Shown here: piece after piece, positions 10,137-18,712 of the stretch
How the letters are laid out: each line of letters opens with the position of its first letter
Position numbering within the stretch: the first letter of the stretch is position 1
Source: Helicobacteraceae bacterium
GTDB lineage: Bacteria > Campylobacterota > Campylobacteria > Campylobacterales > Sulfurimonadaceae
Length of the DNA stretch: 64,000 nt
Direction of reading: 5' to 3'
Assembly: GCA_027023805.1 (NCBI GenBank)
Contig: JALVUF010000056.1
Coordinates: 11,732 to 75,731 of the forward strand
Position numbers and translations under genes: made by a program
The notes under the pieces: model-generated
Database searches by the model: none
Told to the model about the DNA's origin: nothing
What the model saw: the letters and a program-made list of their open reading frames with translations, nothing else

Positions 10137-12940
10137 ACATCTAGCTCTTTAGCCAGATATTCTCCGGTATAGCTTTTTGTCTTTTTGTGTTCTTTAGCTA
10201 ACTTTTCAGGTGAGCCTGTTGCTACAATCTGACCTCCCCCATCACCGCCTTCAGGTCCCATATCTATGATGTAATCAGCATTTTTAATCATATCCAGATT
10301 ATGCTCTATAACAAGTACGCTGTTGCCTAGTTCTACGAAATTGTGCAGGACTTTCGTTAGACGGTTTACATCATCAAAATGAAGTCCCGTTGTAGGTTCA
10401 TCTAAAATATACAGAGTTTGACCCGTATCTTTACGACTTAATTCTTTGCTTAGTTTTATACGCTGTGCTTCCCCTCCTGAGAGCGTTGTGGCATTTTGAC
10501 CTAGAGTTATATATCCTAGTCCCACGTCATGAAGTGTTTGCATTTTAGCTTTTATTTTCGGTATTTGACTAAAAAAATCCAACGCTTCTGAGACACTCAT
10601 GTTAAGCACATCGGAAATATTTTTACCTTTGTATAAAACTTCCAGTGTTTGCGCATTGTATCTTGTACCGCTGCAAGAATCACATTTGACCATGATGTCT
10701 GGCAGAAAATGCATCTCTATCTTTATCTGTCCTTCGCCTTGGCATTTTTCACATCTACCGCCTTTTACGTTAAAACTAAACCTTGAAGTAGTATAGCCTC
10801 TGATATTGGCTTCTTTTGTCTTAGCAAAAAGGTTTCTTATTTCATCCATAACACCGGTATAAGTAGCCGGATTACTTCTTGGAGTTCGTCCTATAGGGCT
10901 TTGATCAAGATATATTACCTTATCAACATATTCTAATCCCTCTATCACTGTACCGGCGACTTTTTTTATCTTTTTTGCATGGTTTAGTATTTGGCGTGCC
11001 GTTGGAAGGAGTGCTTGAAGTATCAATGAGCTCTTTCCACTGCCACTTACCCCGGTTATACATGTAAAGTTTTGCAGAGGTATGGTTACATCAAGATTTT
11101 TGATATTATTGAGCGTAACATTTCTAATTTGAAGAAACTGTTTTTGAGCACGCCTGTGAAAGTATTCTATTTTTTTACGTCCGGTAATATAATCAGCCGT
11201 TAGTGTTTTTGCCTTCTTTAGCTCTTCAAATGTACCGGCAAATACAACCTCTCCTCCAAATTTTCCAGCACCTGGTCCTATATCTATGATAAAATCAGCA
11301 TTTTGAATGGTTTTTTTATCATGCTCTACTACAATAACGCTGTTGCCTTTGCTTTGAAGGCTTCTTAGTGTCCTGATTAGTTTTAATGTATCCCTTTCGT
11401 GCAAGCCGATACTAGGTTCATCAAGTACATACATAACTCCGGTAAGTCCACTTCCTATTTGAGATGCTATTCTAATGCGTTGTGCTTCACCGCCACTGAT
11501 GGTTCTGGCATCTCTGCCTAGCGTTATGTAGCCAAGACCTACATCATATAAAAAATATAATCGCTCGCGTATCTCATTTAAAATCGGCGTTGCTATCATA
11601 GTCTGTTGATCGTTTAAATGTGAAAAATTTTCTTCATCCGCAAAAAGTTTATAGCTTTTATGCATAGGCATGTCTAATATAGAGGCTATGTTGTGTCCTG
11701 CAACTTTGACCGCAAGACTTTCCTGTTTTAAACGGTGTCCATCACAAACATCGCATATCTTTTCGCTCATATAATCTGTCAAATCTTTTTCATCTTTAAA
11801 CATATCGTATGCTATTTTGACAACTCCAGGCCATATGCGCTTAATGGAGTGGCGTTTCCATGTAAATTGTACTTCATCAACGCTGCCGTGGAGTATCGCA
11901 TTTTTATGATGCTGGGGCAAGTCGGCAAACGGTGTATCTATGTCAATATCTGCACTTTTGCAAAAACCTTTTAAAAAATTAAAATAGTAACTTTTATTGA
12001 AACCGTAGAGTATTTTTACCGCTCCTTTATCGATTGACAAATCCGCATTTATTATCTTATTGTAATCAAGAGAATATCTCACGCCCAGTCCGTCACATTC
12101 AAGACAGGCTCCTTTAGGAGAATTAAACGAAAAAGAGAGTGGCTCTAGTTTATCAAAACTGATTTTACAATCAAAGCAGGCATTGTGTTCACTATAATGA
12201 ATATGTGATTCTTGCAGACCTATTTCCTCATGGTTTAAAATATCAATCTCCATCTCTCCGTAACTTTGCTTGAGTGCTCGCTCAACATCTTGTGTTATAC
12301 GGTCTTTATTCTGAGGATTGATGATAAGACGGTCGATAACCACTTTAATAGTGTGTTTTTTGGTTTTGCTTAATTCTATCTCTTCATCTAGCCGCGTCAT
12401 AACTCCATCTATCATGGCTCTGACATAACCGTTTTGAACAAGTGATTCCAAAATATCCGTAAATGAGCCTTTCTTTTCTTTAATAATAGGCGCTAGTATG
12501 ATAATTTTAGCCCCAAAAGGTAGTTTTAATACCTGATTTATTATATCTTCAGCACTCATTTGAGAGATTTTTTTGCCGCATTTATGACAATACTGTACTC
12601 CTATTCTAGCAAATAACAAACGTAGATAATCGTAAATTTCGGTTATTGTTCCAACTGTGGAGCGCGGATTTTTAGATGTTGTTTTTTGATCTATTGCAAT
12701 AGCTGGGGTCAGACCGTCGATTTTATCTACGTTCGGTTTACCTATACGGTCTAAGAACTGTCTGGCGTAAGACGACAAGGACTCTATGTATCTTCTTTGT
12801 CCTTCGGCATACAGAGTATCAAAAGCCAATGTTGATTTGCCGCTTCCACTAAGACCGGTACAAACAACAAGTTTATTTTTTGGAATTTCTAGTGAAATAT
12901 TTTTTAAATTATTTTCGTGCGCACCATATATTTTTATCAT
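10133..12940 (-). CDS. uvrA: Excinuclease ABC subunit A
   Basis: 935 aa. Two ABC modules ('GLSGSGKSTLAFDT', 'GVSGSGKSSL') and two 'LSGGEAQR' signatures. Zinc-finger cysteine pairs are present. Confidence 0.95.
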   Translation of the reverse strand: MIKIYGAHENNLKNISLEIPKNKLVVCTGLSGSGKSTLAFDTLYAEGQRRYIESLSSYARQFLDRIGKPNVDKIDGLTPAIAIDQKTTSKNPRSTVGTITEIYDYLRLLFARIGVQYCHKCGKKISQMSAEDIINQVLKLPFGAKIIILAPIIKEKKGSFTDILESLVQNGYVRAMIDGVMTRLDEEIELSKTKKHTIKVVIDRLIINPQNKDRITQDVERALKQSYGEMEIDILNHEEIGLQESHIHYSEHNACFDCKISFDKLEPLSFSFNSPKGACLECDGLGVRYSLDYNKIINADLSIDKGAVKILYGFNKSYYFNFLKGFCKSADIDIDTPFADLPQHHKNAILHGSVDEVQFTWKRHSIKRIWPGVVKIAYDMFKDEKDLTDYMSEKICDVCDGHRLKQESLAVKVAGHNIASILDMPMHKSYKLFADEENFSHLNDQQTMIATPILNEIRERLYFLYDVGLGYITLGRDARTISGGEAQRIRIASQIGSGLTGVMYVLDEPSIGLHERDTLKLIRTLRSLQSKGNSVIVVEHDKKTIQNADFIIDIGPGAGKFGGEVVFAGTFEELKKAKTLTADYITGRKKIEYFHRRAQKQFLQIRNVTLNNIKNLDVTIPLQNFTCITGVSGSGKSSLILQALLPTARQILNHAKKIKKVAGTVIEGLEYVDKVIYLDQSPIGRTPRSNPATYTGVMDEIRNLFAKTKEANIRGYTTSRFSFNVKGGRCEKCQGEGQIKIEMHFLPDIMVKCDSCSGTRYNAQTLEVLYKGKNISDVLNMSVSEALDFFSQIPKIKAKMQTLHDVGLGYITLGQNATTLSGGEAQRIKLSKELSRKDTGQTLYILDEPTTGLHFDDVNRLTKVLHNFVELGNSVLVIEHNLDMIKNADYIIDMGPEGGDGGGQIVATGSPEKLAKEHKKTKSYTGEYLAKELDV

Positions 12941-13079
12941 ATATATCTATATCCTTTTATATATCTTAAAAGCCTGATAATTCATAATCAAATTATATCA
13001 GAGTCTTGCTTATGAAGCGTATTTAAATTATTTTTAGGCTAATATAACGTATAATCATTAAAAATTAACGGAACAATGA

Positions 13080-13505
13080 ATGATAGAAACCATCATAAAG
13101 GCAACGGTAAGTTTTTGTGAACATCAGTTGGCAAAGATTTGTACTCAGGATAAAAGTCAGTGTCTACAATCACTTTTTATAGCAGAGATGGACATCTTAG
13201 ATGCCAATAGTAAAGTACAAATAAGCATTGGTATCACACAATCAATGCTGCAAAATATCAATATGATATTTTTAGATGAAGCAGATAGTTCAAAAGAAGA
13301 ATTGACCAATATGTTGCTGGAGGTTACTAATATGATTGTAGGGAGCGCAAAAGTTCTTATGCAGAGCAAGCAGGGTGGTGAGCGTTTTATAAGTGTACCG
13401 CGTTTTAAAAAATACGGTTTATTGTCGTACAAGGACGCTAATGGCATAACTTTAAGAGCCGATTGTGGATGTATGGTAATTTGCGCAAAGGATATCTATG
13501 AGTGA
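13080..13505 (+). CDS. CheC/CheX-like domain protein (possible FliY N-terminal module)
   Basis: 141 aa. The 'EELTNMLLEVTNMIVGSAKVL' segment resembles the CheC/CheX helix motif. Its stop overlaps the fliN start by 8 nt. Confidence 0.4.
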   Translation: MIETIIKATVSFCEHQLAKICTQDKSQCLQSLFIAEMDILDANSKVQISIGITQSMLQNINMIFLDEADSSKEELTNMLLEVTNMIVGSAKVLMQSKQGGERFISVPRFKKYGLLSYKDANGITLRADCGCMVICAKDIYE

Positions 13506-13827
13506 AAAAGAACATAATCATAAAAACAGCTTTGATGATAGCAAAGAGCTTGCATGGATGAACTATGAAGGTTTGCTGGATATGGAAGTTATGTTTGAAG
13601 CTGATCTGGGTGAGACGGAATTGAGTATTGATGAGATTTTGAAACTTGAAAAAGGTTCGGTTATTGATCTTAAAAAACCTGCCGGGGAGAGCGTGGAGTC
13701 TTATGTTAACGGACGTATTTTAGGAAAAGGCGAGGTGATGGTGTATGAAAAAAATCTAGCTATTAGGATTAATGAAGTTTTAAATTCAAGTGCGGTTTTA
13801 TATTATCTGTCTAAGGAAAGATTGTGA
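13498..13827 (+). CDS. fliN: Flagellar motor switch protein FliN
   Basis: 109 aa. C-terminal SpoA domain 'LKLEKGSVIDLKKPAGESVESYVNGRILGKGEVMVYEKNLAIRINEV'. Confidence 0.85.
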   Translation: MSEKEHNHKNSFDDSKELAWMNYEGLLDMEVMFEADLGETELSIDEILKLEKGSVIDLKKPAGESVESYVNGRILGKGEVMVYEKNLAIRINEVLNSSAVLYYLSKERL

Positions 13828-14696
13828 AAAAAATTGTGTTATTACTGTTAATATCTGTTGTATTAATGGCGTCAGATATACTGAGTTACAATGTTTACAA
13901 TAGAACTAAAAGAGTTGATATAATGTTTACATTTGATACTCCATATCAAGGTATTATTAAAGAGATTAAAAGGTCGTCAAAAATTATTTTACAGCTATAT
14001 GGTTTAAGCGTTGATGCGCCGGCGGTAAAGCATATTAACTCTCCGCTAGTTTCAAAAGTGACAATTACTCCGCTGGATAATTATGTACAGATTGTTGCCT
14101 TTACAGGCTCAAATACTAATTTACAAATTGATAAAACTACTGACAAATATGGCTTAAGATTGAGATTTATTCCAAAAGTAGTTATAACTGATAAAACAAA
14201 TATATTAACACATAATCACACCTCTTTTGCGCTTAAAACACAACAAGATTTAGATATACCGACTAGCTATTATATTGTTGTTGCATTTTTGTTTATAGCT
14301 GCTGCTCTTTTATTTTTTACCAAAAGAAAAATTAACAAAGGGACAAGCACGCAAAAGTCGCAGCCGGCTGCTTTGAAAAAAAGATGGTTTTTTAAGGATC
14401 AGGGCAATATGAAAGATACCGTTAATGTGCGTTTTACAAAACAGATAGATAAAACAACAAGCATCATGATGCTTGACTATGGTGAGTTTAATTATCTTAT
14501 TTTAAATGGACAGTCATCAGTTTTGTTAGATAAATTTGAAAATGATAAGCCAATCGCAAATAACAGGTTTGATGAACTGTTGCAAGAGCATACGCAAGAG
14601 ATAGACAAACTACTTCAAGCCACACAAACGCAAGAAGACGATGAACCATTTGAACTCTATAAAAACAAGGCATCCTCAATTGCTTATGATCTATAA
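13824..14696 (+). CDS. Uncharacterised bitopic membrane protein, translationally coupled to fliN
   Basis: GTG start overlaps the fliN stop (GTGA), with AAGGAAAG upstream. It has an N-terminal signal-like helix and one central TM helix ('YYIVVAFLFIAAALLFF') followed by a basic stretch. I recognise no family motif. Confidence 0.5.
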   Translation: MKKIVLLLLISVVLMASDILSYNVYNRTKRVDIMFTFDTPYQGIIKEIKRSSKIILQLYGLSVDAPAVKHINSPLVSKVTITPLDNYVQIVAFTGSNTNLQIDKTTDKYGLRLRFIPKVVITDKTNILTHNHTSFALKTQQDLDIPTSYYIVVAFLFIAAALLFFTKRKINKGTSTQKSQPAALKKRWFFKDQGNMKDTVNVRFTKQIDKTTSIMMLDYGEFNYLILNGQSSVLLDKFENDKPIANNRFDELLQEHTQEIDKLLQATQTQEDDEPFELYKNKASSIAYDL

Positions 14697-14834
14697 ATAT
14701 ATTTATAGATATTAATAAAAGATATAGTATTTATAACTTTTATATACAAAGCTAAATTTATTGTAGTAATAAAGTTGATACAATGATGAGGTAGGGGATT
14801 AAAAATTATACTATTTTAAGAGACCGTAAAAAAT

Positions 14835-15005
14835 TGATCTGGCTACGCTTATTGGGACACAGAAATGATAGAATTTCTGTGGAACAATAAGAGGAGAAAA
14901 AGAAGATGGCAGGATACGGGAAAAGATATACCCAAGAGTTCAAAGATACAGCAATCCAGCTGGCACTCAATAGTGAGAAGTCAACATTGCAAACAGCCAA
15001 AGAGT
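14835..15005 (+). mobile_element. IS3-family remnant: one terminal inverted-repeat-like end plus the first ~33 codons of orfA
   Basis: 'TGATCT-N14-GGACAC' at 14835-14860 has the layout I recall for IS3-group terminal repeats. A 9-bp stem (14858-14866 / 14873-14881) follows. A strong RBS (AGGAG) and ATG at 14906 encode 'GKRYTQEFKDTAIQLALNSEKS..TAKEY', an IS3 OrfA-type HTH N-terminus. No orfB and no matching second end are present. Confidence 0.5.
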
Positions 15006-15115
15006 ATGAAATAGAGCTTGATGAAGACTTACCAAAGTTTTTTGATAGAACTAAACGCTATGTTGATTACGCCCTGCTCAATAAAACTGGAAAAATCATT
15101 GCTATTGTATTTTAG
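14906..15115 (+). pseudogene. Chimeric gene fragment: IS3 OrfA N-terminus fused to an HsdR-N/restriction-endonuclease-like fragment
   Basis: The second half, 'RYVDYALLNKTGKIIAIV', matches the conserved (D/E)YxL..ngkp.a.iE motif of type I/III restriction enzyme N-terminal domains. It stops before the expected 'EAK', where it runs into the 3' end of the XRE gene. Confidence 0.45.
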
Positions 15116-15350
15116 GGATTAAATCTCTGATTTCTATTTCAAATTCAGAAGCAATTTTGTAAAGGTGTTCTAAATTGTAATGAACACCATGTTTTCTGGT
15201 TTCAATCTTTGCAACATAATTAGGTGATTTATGGCCGAGAATTTGAGCAAGTTTTAACTGGCTTATTTTACGCTTTTTTCTTTCCGCTTTAACATTTTCA
15301 ACAATCTGATCCATAAATTTAGCCAAAGCTTTCTCTTTTTCCAAGTACAC
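15102..15350 (-). CDS. XRE-family helix-turn-helix transcriptional regulator
   Basis: 82 aa. 'RKKRKISQLKLAQILGHKSPNYVAKIE' is a classic Cro/C1-type HTH. Confidence 0.8.
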   Translation of the reverse strand: MYLEKEKALAKFMDQIVENVKAERKKRKISQLKLAQILGHKSPNYVAKIETRKHGVHYNLEHLYKIASEFEIEIRDLIPKIQ

Positions 15351-15394
15351 ACCTATGAGTTTTTGTAATCATAGTTGTTATACAAAAACCAGAC

Positions 15395-15412
15395 AAACAC
15401 TTATAAGTGTTT
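15395..15412. promoter_or_regulatory. Perfect 18-bp palindrome AAACACTTATAAGTGTTT, candidate operator of the XRE gene
   Basis: Read directly from the sequence. It lies 45-62 nt upstream of the XRE start codon on the minus strand. Confidence 0.4.
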
Positions 15413-15500
15413 ATAAAGGAAGTTTAACTTAAAATATGATGTTCTGGAAGTACCGTAAAGTTTTTGACTTATTTACTATGGATATTATTAAGGTTGCAAA

Positions 15501-15653
15501 ATGAGTAAAAATATTTTTATATTGTCAGGCTGTATGGCTACACAACCAAATGTTAAACTCGATAAAAAAAGAGCCGACGATGTTAAACACTACAACATCA
15601 CAGCGGAACTGCTTTATCAAAGCATTATAAAATATAGAGTAACAAATGAATAA
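15501..15653 (+). CDS. Possible 50-aa lipoprotein-like small ORF
   Basis: 'MSKNIFILSGC' contains a lipobox-like LSGC. The signal peptide is unusually short and the RBS is weak. The ORF is below the track's length cutoff. Confidence 0.2.
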   Translation: MSKNIFILSGCMATQPNVKLDKKRADDVKHYNITAELLYQSIIKYRVTNE

Positions 15654-15666
15654 ACGACCATGAGAA

Positions 15667-16416
15667 GTGTTAGTGATACATAAACTTTTACAAAGGCAAT
15701 TAGAAAAATTGGCTTTTAAAGATGGAAAATTTCCAGAAAAAAATCTGGAAAAGTTTATAGATTTTGTAAATACATCATATTATAAAAGTGATGAAGAAAG
15801 AGATTTTTTAGAGCATACTGTAGAAACTTTATCTCAGGAGATGAAAAAACTTTATAAAGAGTTGAAGCAAAAGTCACAAACCGCATTAGCAAAAAGTGAA
15901 CAGCGATACAGAGAATTAGCAATGAGGGATTCTCTTACGGGGATATTAAATAGATTTGCTTTTCAAGAAGAGCTTAACAGAATTATTTCTAATTCAAAAA
16001 GAACAAATACAAAATTTGCCTTATTATTGTTGGATTTAGACCATTTCAAGAAAGTAAATGATACTTATGGGCATGATATTGGAGATAAATTACTTCAAGA
16101 AGTAACTAATAGAGTTTTACCAAATATAAGAACAGAAGATGTATTTGCCCGTATTGGTGGTGATGAATTTGTTCTTATCTTTACAAACATCAAGAATGAT
16201 ACACTTGAAAAATTAGTCAAAAAAGCTATTATTCTTTTTAGAAAATCATGGATTATAGAGAATATTAAGTTAAATGTCACCACAAGTATTGGTGTTGCTA
16301 TATTTCCAGATCATGCAGATAATGAGATAGAATTAATGAAAAAAGCTGATATTGCAATGTATAAATCTAAAGAACTAGGGAGAAACCAGATTGTATATTT
16401 TGATAAATCTTTTTAA
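15667..16416 (+). CDS. Stand-alone GGDEF diguanylate cyclase with a coiled-coil N-terminus
   Basis: 'RDSLTGILNR', 'LLLDLDHFKKVNDTYGHDIGD' and an intact 'GGDEF'. An RxxD I-site ('RTED') lies 5 residues upstream of GGDEF. GTG start. Confidence 0.85.
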   Translation: MLVIHKLLQRQLEKLAFKDGKFPEKNLEKFIDFVNTSYYKSDEERDFLEHTVETLSQEMKKLYKELKQKSQTALAKSEQRYRELAMRDSLTGILNRFAFQEELNRIISNSKRTNTKFALLLLDLDHFKKVNDTYGHDIGDKLLQEVTNRVLPNIRTEDVFARIGGDEFVLIFTNIKNDTLEKLVKKAIILFRKSWIIENIKLNVTTSIGVAIFPDHADNEIELMKKADIAMYKSKELGRNQIVYFDKSF

Positions 16417-16529
16417 AGGATATTTTTTGGTTGGGATTGGTATAAGTTTTCGAGGTCTTTGTCAGGATTGTCGGCTATGATTTTCTTTGCTGGTCTTGGA
16501 TGCGCAAGTTCCTCCACTTTTGCTATGAA

Positions 16530-16792
16530 TACGTTGGCAAAAGATGCCCAAACAACAAAAGAGACAATCAGCTCAAAATCCTTAAAGAAAATATCAAACA
16601 AAAAATTCTAAACTCTTTTAATGCAAACAATAAAAAGGTGATTGTCTTCACAGTCTTTTCAGATATAGCCGAGTATCTGTATTAAATATACATCAGCGGA
16701 CAAAAAAGGAGTTTAGGGTTGAGCATTGTCTCATAACTGGAAGCGGCACAAACAAAACAACCCTGCAAAAAACGGAGCGAATCGGACACTAA
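16530..16792 (+). pseudogene. Frameshifted fragments of a helicase C-terminal domain (SNF2/restriction-type)
   Basis: 'NKKVIVFTVFSDIAEYLY' then a stop. After a frame change comes 'EFRVEHCLITGSGTNKTT', the usual order of the helicase-C motifs (kvliFtqf.dta.yl ... itG). No N-terminal helicase half is present. Confidence 0.4.
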
Positions 16793-16910
16793 TGACAGTT
16801 TCATTCGGATAGTGATGACGGAAATGATTCGGACACTTTATGCTAAAATATCACTATAGAAAATATCTCTTCTTGAACTGTCCGAACTGAAGCGACATGG
16901 GTGTCCGGAT
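16781..16910. repeat. Five phased copies of TGTCCGRAY in two divergent sets
   Basis: Three minus-strand copies have 5' ends at 16788, 16811 and 16835. Two plus-strand copies start at 16879 and 16902. Spacing within each set is 23-24 bp. The sets are separated by a 43-bp AT-rich core that carries a direct AAAATATC repeat. Confidence 0.6.
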
Positions 16911-17062
16911 ACTCTGTTATACGCATCTTGTTTGATATATAAGGGTAATTATTGTATAATTATAAAAATATAATAACATAAATTAGATAACTTGCTTAAG
17001 TCTTTATATAGGTTATTAAGAGATGTTGAACAATATTTAAAAATAAACATAAAGGTGCGGTT

Positions 17063-17497
17063 ATGGAGTGCGAATTTCCAACTGTCAATTCTAATAAAGA
17101 TGAAATTAAATCGATTTTTAAGACTGTTAAAACAATTGCAGTTGTTGGACTATCCCCAAACAATACAAAAGATAGCCACAAGGTAGCGGTTTACCTGCAA
17201 AGCCAAGGATATAAGATAGTTCCTATTTATCCTAAAGAGGAGATAATTTTAGGTGAAAAGGTTTATAGATCGTTGCTTGATGTTCCGGTCAATATCGATA
17301 TGGTCGATATTTTTAGAAAACCATCTGTTATGGATATGATTGTAGAGCAATGCATAACAAGAGGAGACGTGAAAGTTGTATGGTCTCAAATAGGAATAGT
17401 AAATAATGAAGCCGCACAAAAAGCTAAAGACGCAAATATTAAAGTTGTCCAAAATCAATGCGCAATGGTTGATTATAAAAATCTAATGGAGAGATAA
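17063..17497 (+). CDS. CoA-binding domain protein (YccU/YneT-like)
   Basis: 'IAVVGLSPNNTKDSHKVAVYLQSQGYKIVPIYPK' is a typical CoA_binding_2 Rossmann N-terminus. Confidence 0.75.
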   Translation: MECEFPTVNSNKDEIKSIFKTVKTIAVVGLSPNNTKDSHKVAVYLQSQGYKIVPIYPKEEIILGEKVYRSLLDVPVNIDMVDIFRKPSVMDMIVEQCITRGDVKVVWSQIGIVNNEAAQKAKDANIKVVQNQCAMVDYKNLMER

Positions 17498-18712
17498 TTG
17501 TCAGTTACAATTGATGAGATATATGAGGCGCAAAAACGTATAAATGGTGTTGTGGTTCAAACTCCATTTGCATTCGCTCCTTACCTAAGCAAAACAGCAG
17601 ATTGCTTTGTTTATCTAAAAAAAGAGAATCTACAGGTAACCGGCGCATTTAAGATAAGAGGGGCATACAATAAAATCGCCTCGTTAAGTAACAAACAAAG
17701 AGAAGCGGGAGTAGTAGCGGCAAGCGCAGGTAATCATGCCCAAGGTGTTGCTTTTTCTGCGCAAAAGTTTGGCATTAAAGCTATTATTGTTATGCCTGAG
17801 GCTACGCCTTTAAATAAAATAGAAGGCGTAAAATATTTTGGTGCAAAGGTTATCTTAAAGGGATCCAATTATGATGAAGCTTACGTATATGCACTTGAAT
17901 ACGGGGCACTGCATAATTTAACTCTTATCCACCCGTTTGAAGATGATAAAGTGATATCCGGACAGGGTACGGTAGCTTTGGAGATGTTATCAGATATTGA
18001 TGATTTAGATGCGATTGTCGTGCCCGTCGGCGGTGGCGGACTTATAAGCGGGATTGCTGTAGCAGCTAAGAGTTTAAAGCCAAGCATTCAAGTCATAGGT
18101 GTTGGCGCCAAAGGTGCTCCGGCGCTTAAAAACTCTTTTGATGCAAAAGAGTGTCATAACAGTTTAAATGTTAGGACGATTGCTGACGGTATAGCAGTCA
18201 GAGACTGTTCAGAAATAACATTAAATTATATCTTAAAATATGTAGATAAATTTATAAGTGTAGATGATGCTGAGATCGCAAGTGCTATTTTATATCTTTT
18301 AGAGAGGCAAAAGCTTGTTGTAGAGGGAGCTGGAGCTGTTGGTGTGGCGGCACTGATGCATGATGAGTTACCTGAATTAAAAGGTAAAAAAGTTGCTGTT
18401 GTGTTAAGCGGCGGCAATATGGATGTAACACTTTTGTCTGTTATAATTGAAAAAGGTTTGATTAAATCAAGTCGTAAAATGAAGCTGGTTGTTACTTTAG
18501 TAGATAGACCCGGTTCGCTTATGAAGTTATCGGCTATTTTAAAAGAACTTGATGCTAATATCGTTCATATAGCATACGATAGGACATCTATCTCCCTTGA
18601 ATACGGTGATGCTAATGTTATTGTCCATCTTGAGACAAAAGGGATCAAGCATCAACAGCTTATCATGGATGTTTTACAAACAAGCGGATATCTAAGTCAA
18701 AGCGTAGTATGA
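17498..18712 (+). CDS. ilvA: Threonine ammonia-lyase (short form with one ACT-like domain)
   Basis: PLP lysine motif 'ENLQVTGAFKIRGA', 'SAGNHAQG' and 'GGGGLISG'. C-terminal regulatory domain. TTG start abuts the upstream stop. Confidence 0.9.
   Translation: MSVTIDEIYEAQKRINGVVVQTPFAFAPYLSKTADCFVYLKKENLQVTGAFKIRGAYNKIASLSNKQREAGVVAASAGNHAQGVAFSAQKFGIKAIIVMPEATPLNKIEGVKYFGAKVILKGSNYDEAYVYALEYGALHNLTLIHPFEDDKVISGQGTVALEMLSDIDDLDAIVVPVGGGGLISGIAVAAKSLKPSIQVIGVGAKGAPALKNSFDAKECHNSLNVRTIADGIAVRDCSEITLNYILKYVDKFISVDDAEIASAILYLLERQKLVVEGAGAVGVAALMHDELPELKGKKVAVVLSGGNMDVTLLSVIIEKGLIKSSRKMKLVVTLVDRPGSLMKLSAILKELDANIVHIAYDRTSISLEYGDANVIVHLETKGIKHQQLIMDVLQTSGYLSQSVV

Noticed and set aside
15102-16416. 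XRE plus GGDEF as a cyclic-nucleotide (CBASS-like) defense module
   Set aside because: No effector gene follows, whether nuclease, phospholipase, TM pore or TIR. The cyclase is a canonical GGDEF with an I-site, which is consistent with ordinary c-di-GMP signalling.
16413-16601. 62-aa minus-strand ORF, and the 64-aa minus-strand ORF at 14806-15000
   Set aside because: Both lie in the decayed islet and overlap better-supported plus-strand fragments. Neither has an RBS or motif.
16781-16910. Reading the TGTCCGRAY array as DnaA boxes or a chromosomal origin
   Set aside because: The 9-mer matches neither TTATCCACA nor the Helicobacter-type TCATTCAC box beyond 3-4 positions. No dnaA or dnaN gene is nearby. 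The array is kept as an unexplained repeat instead.
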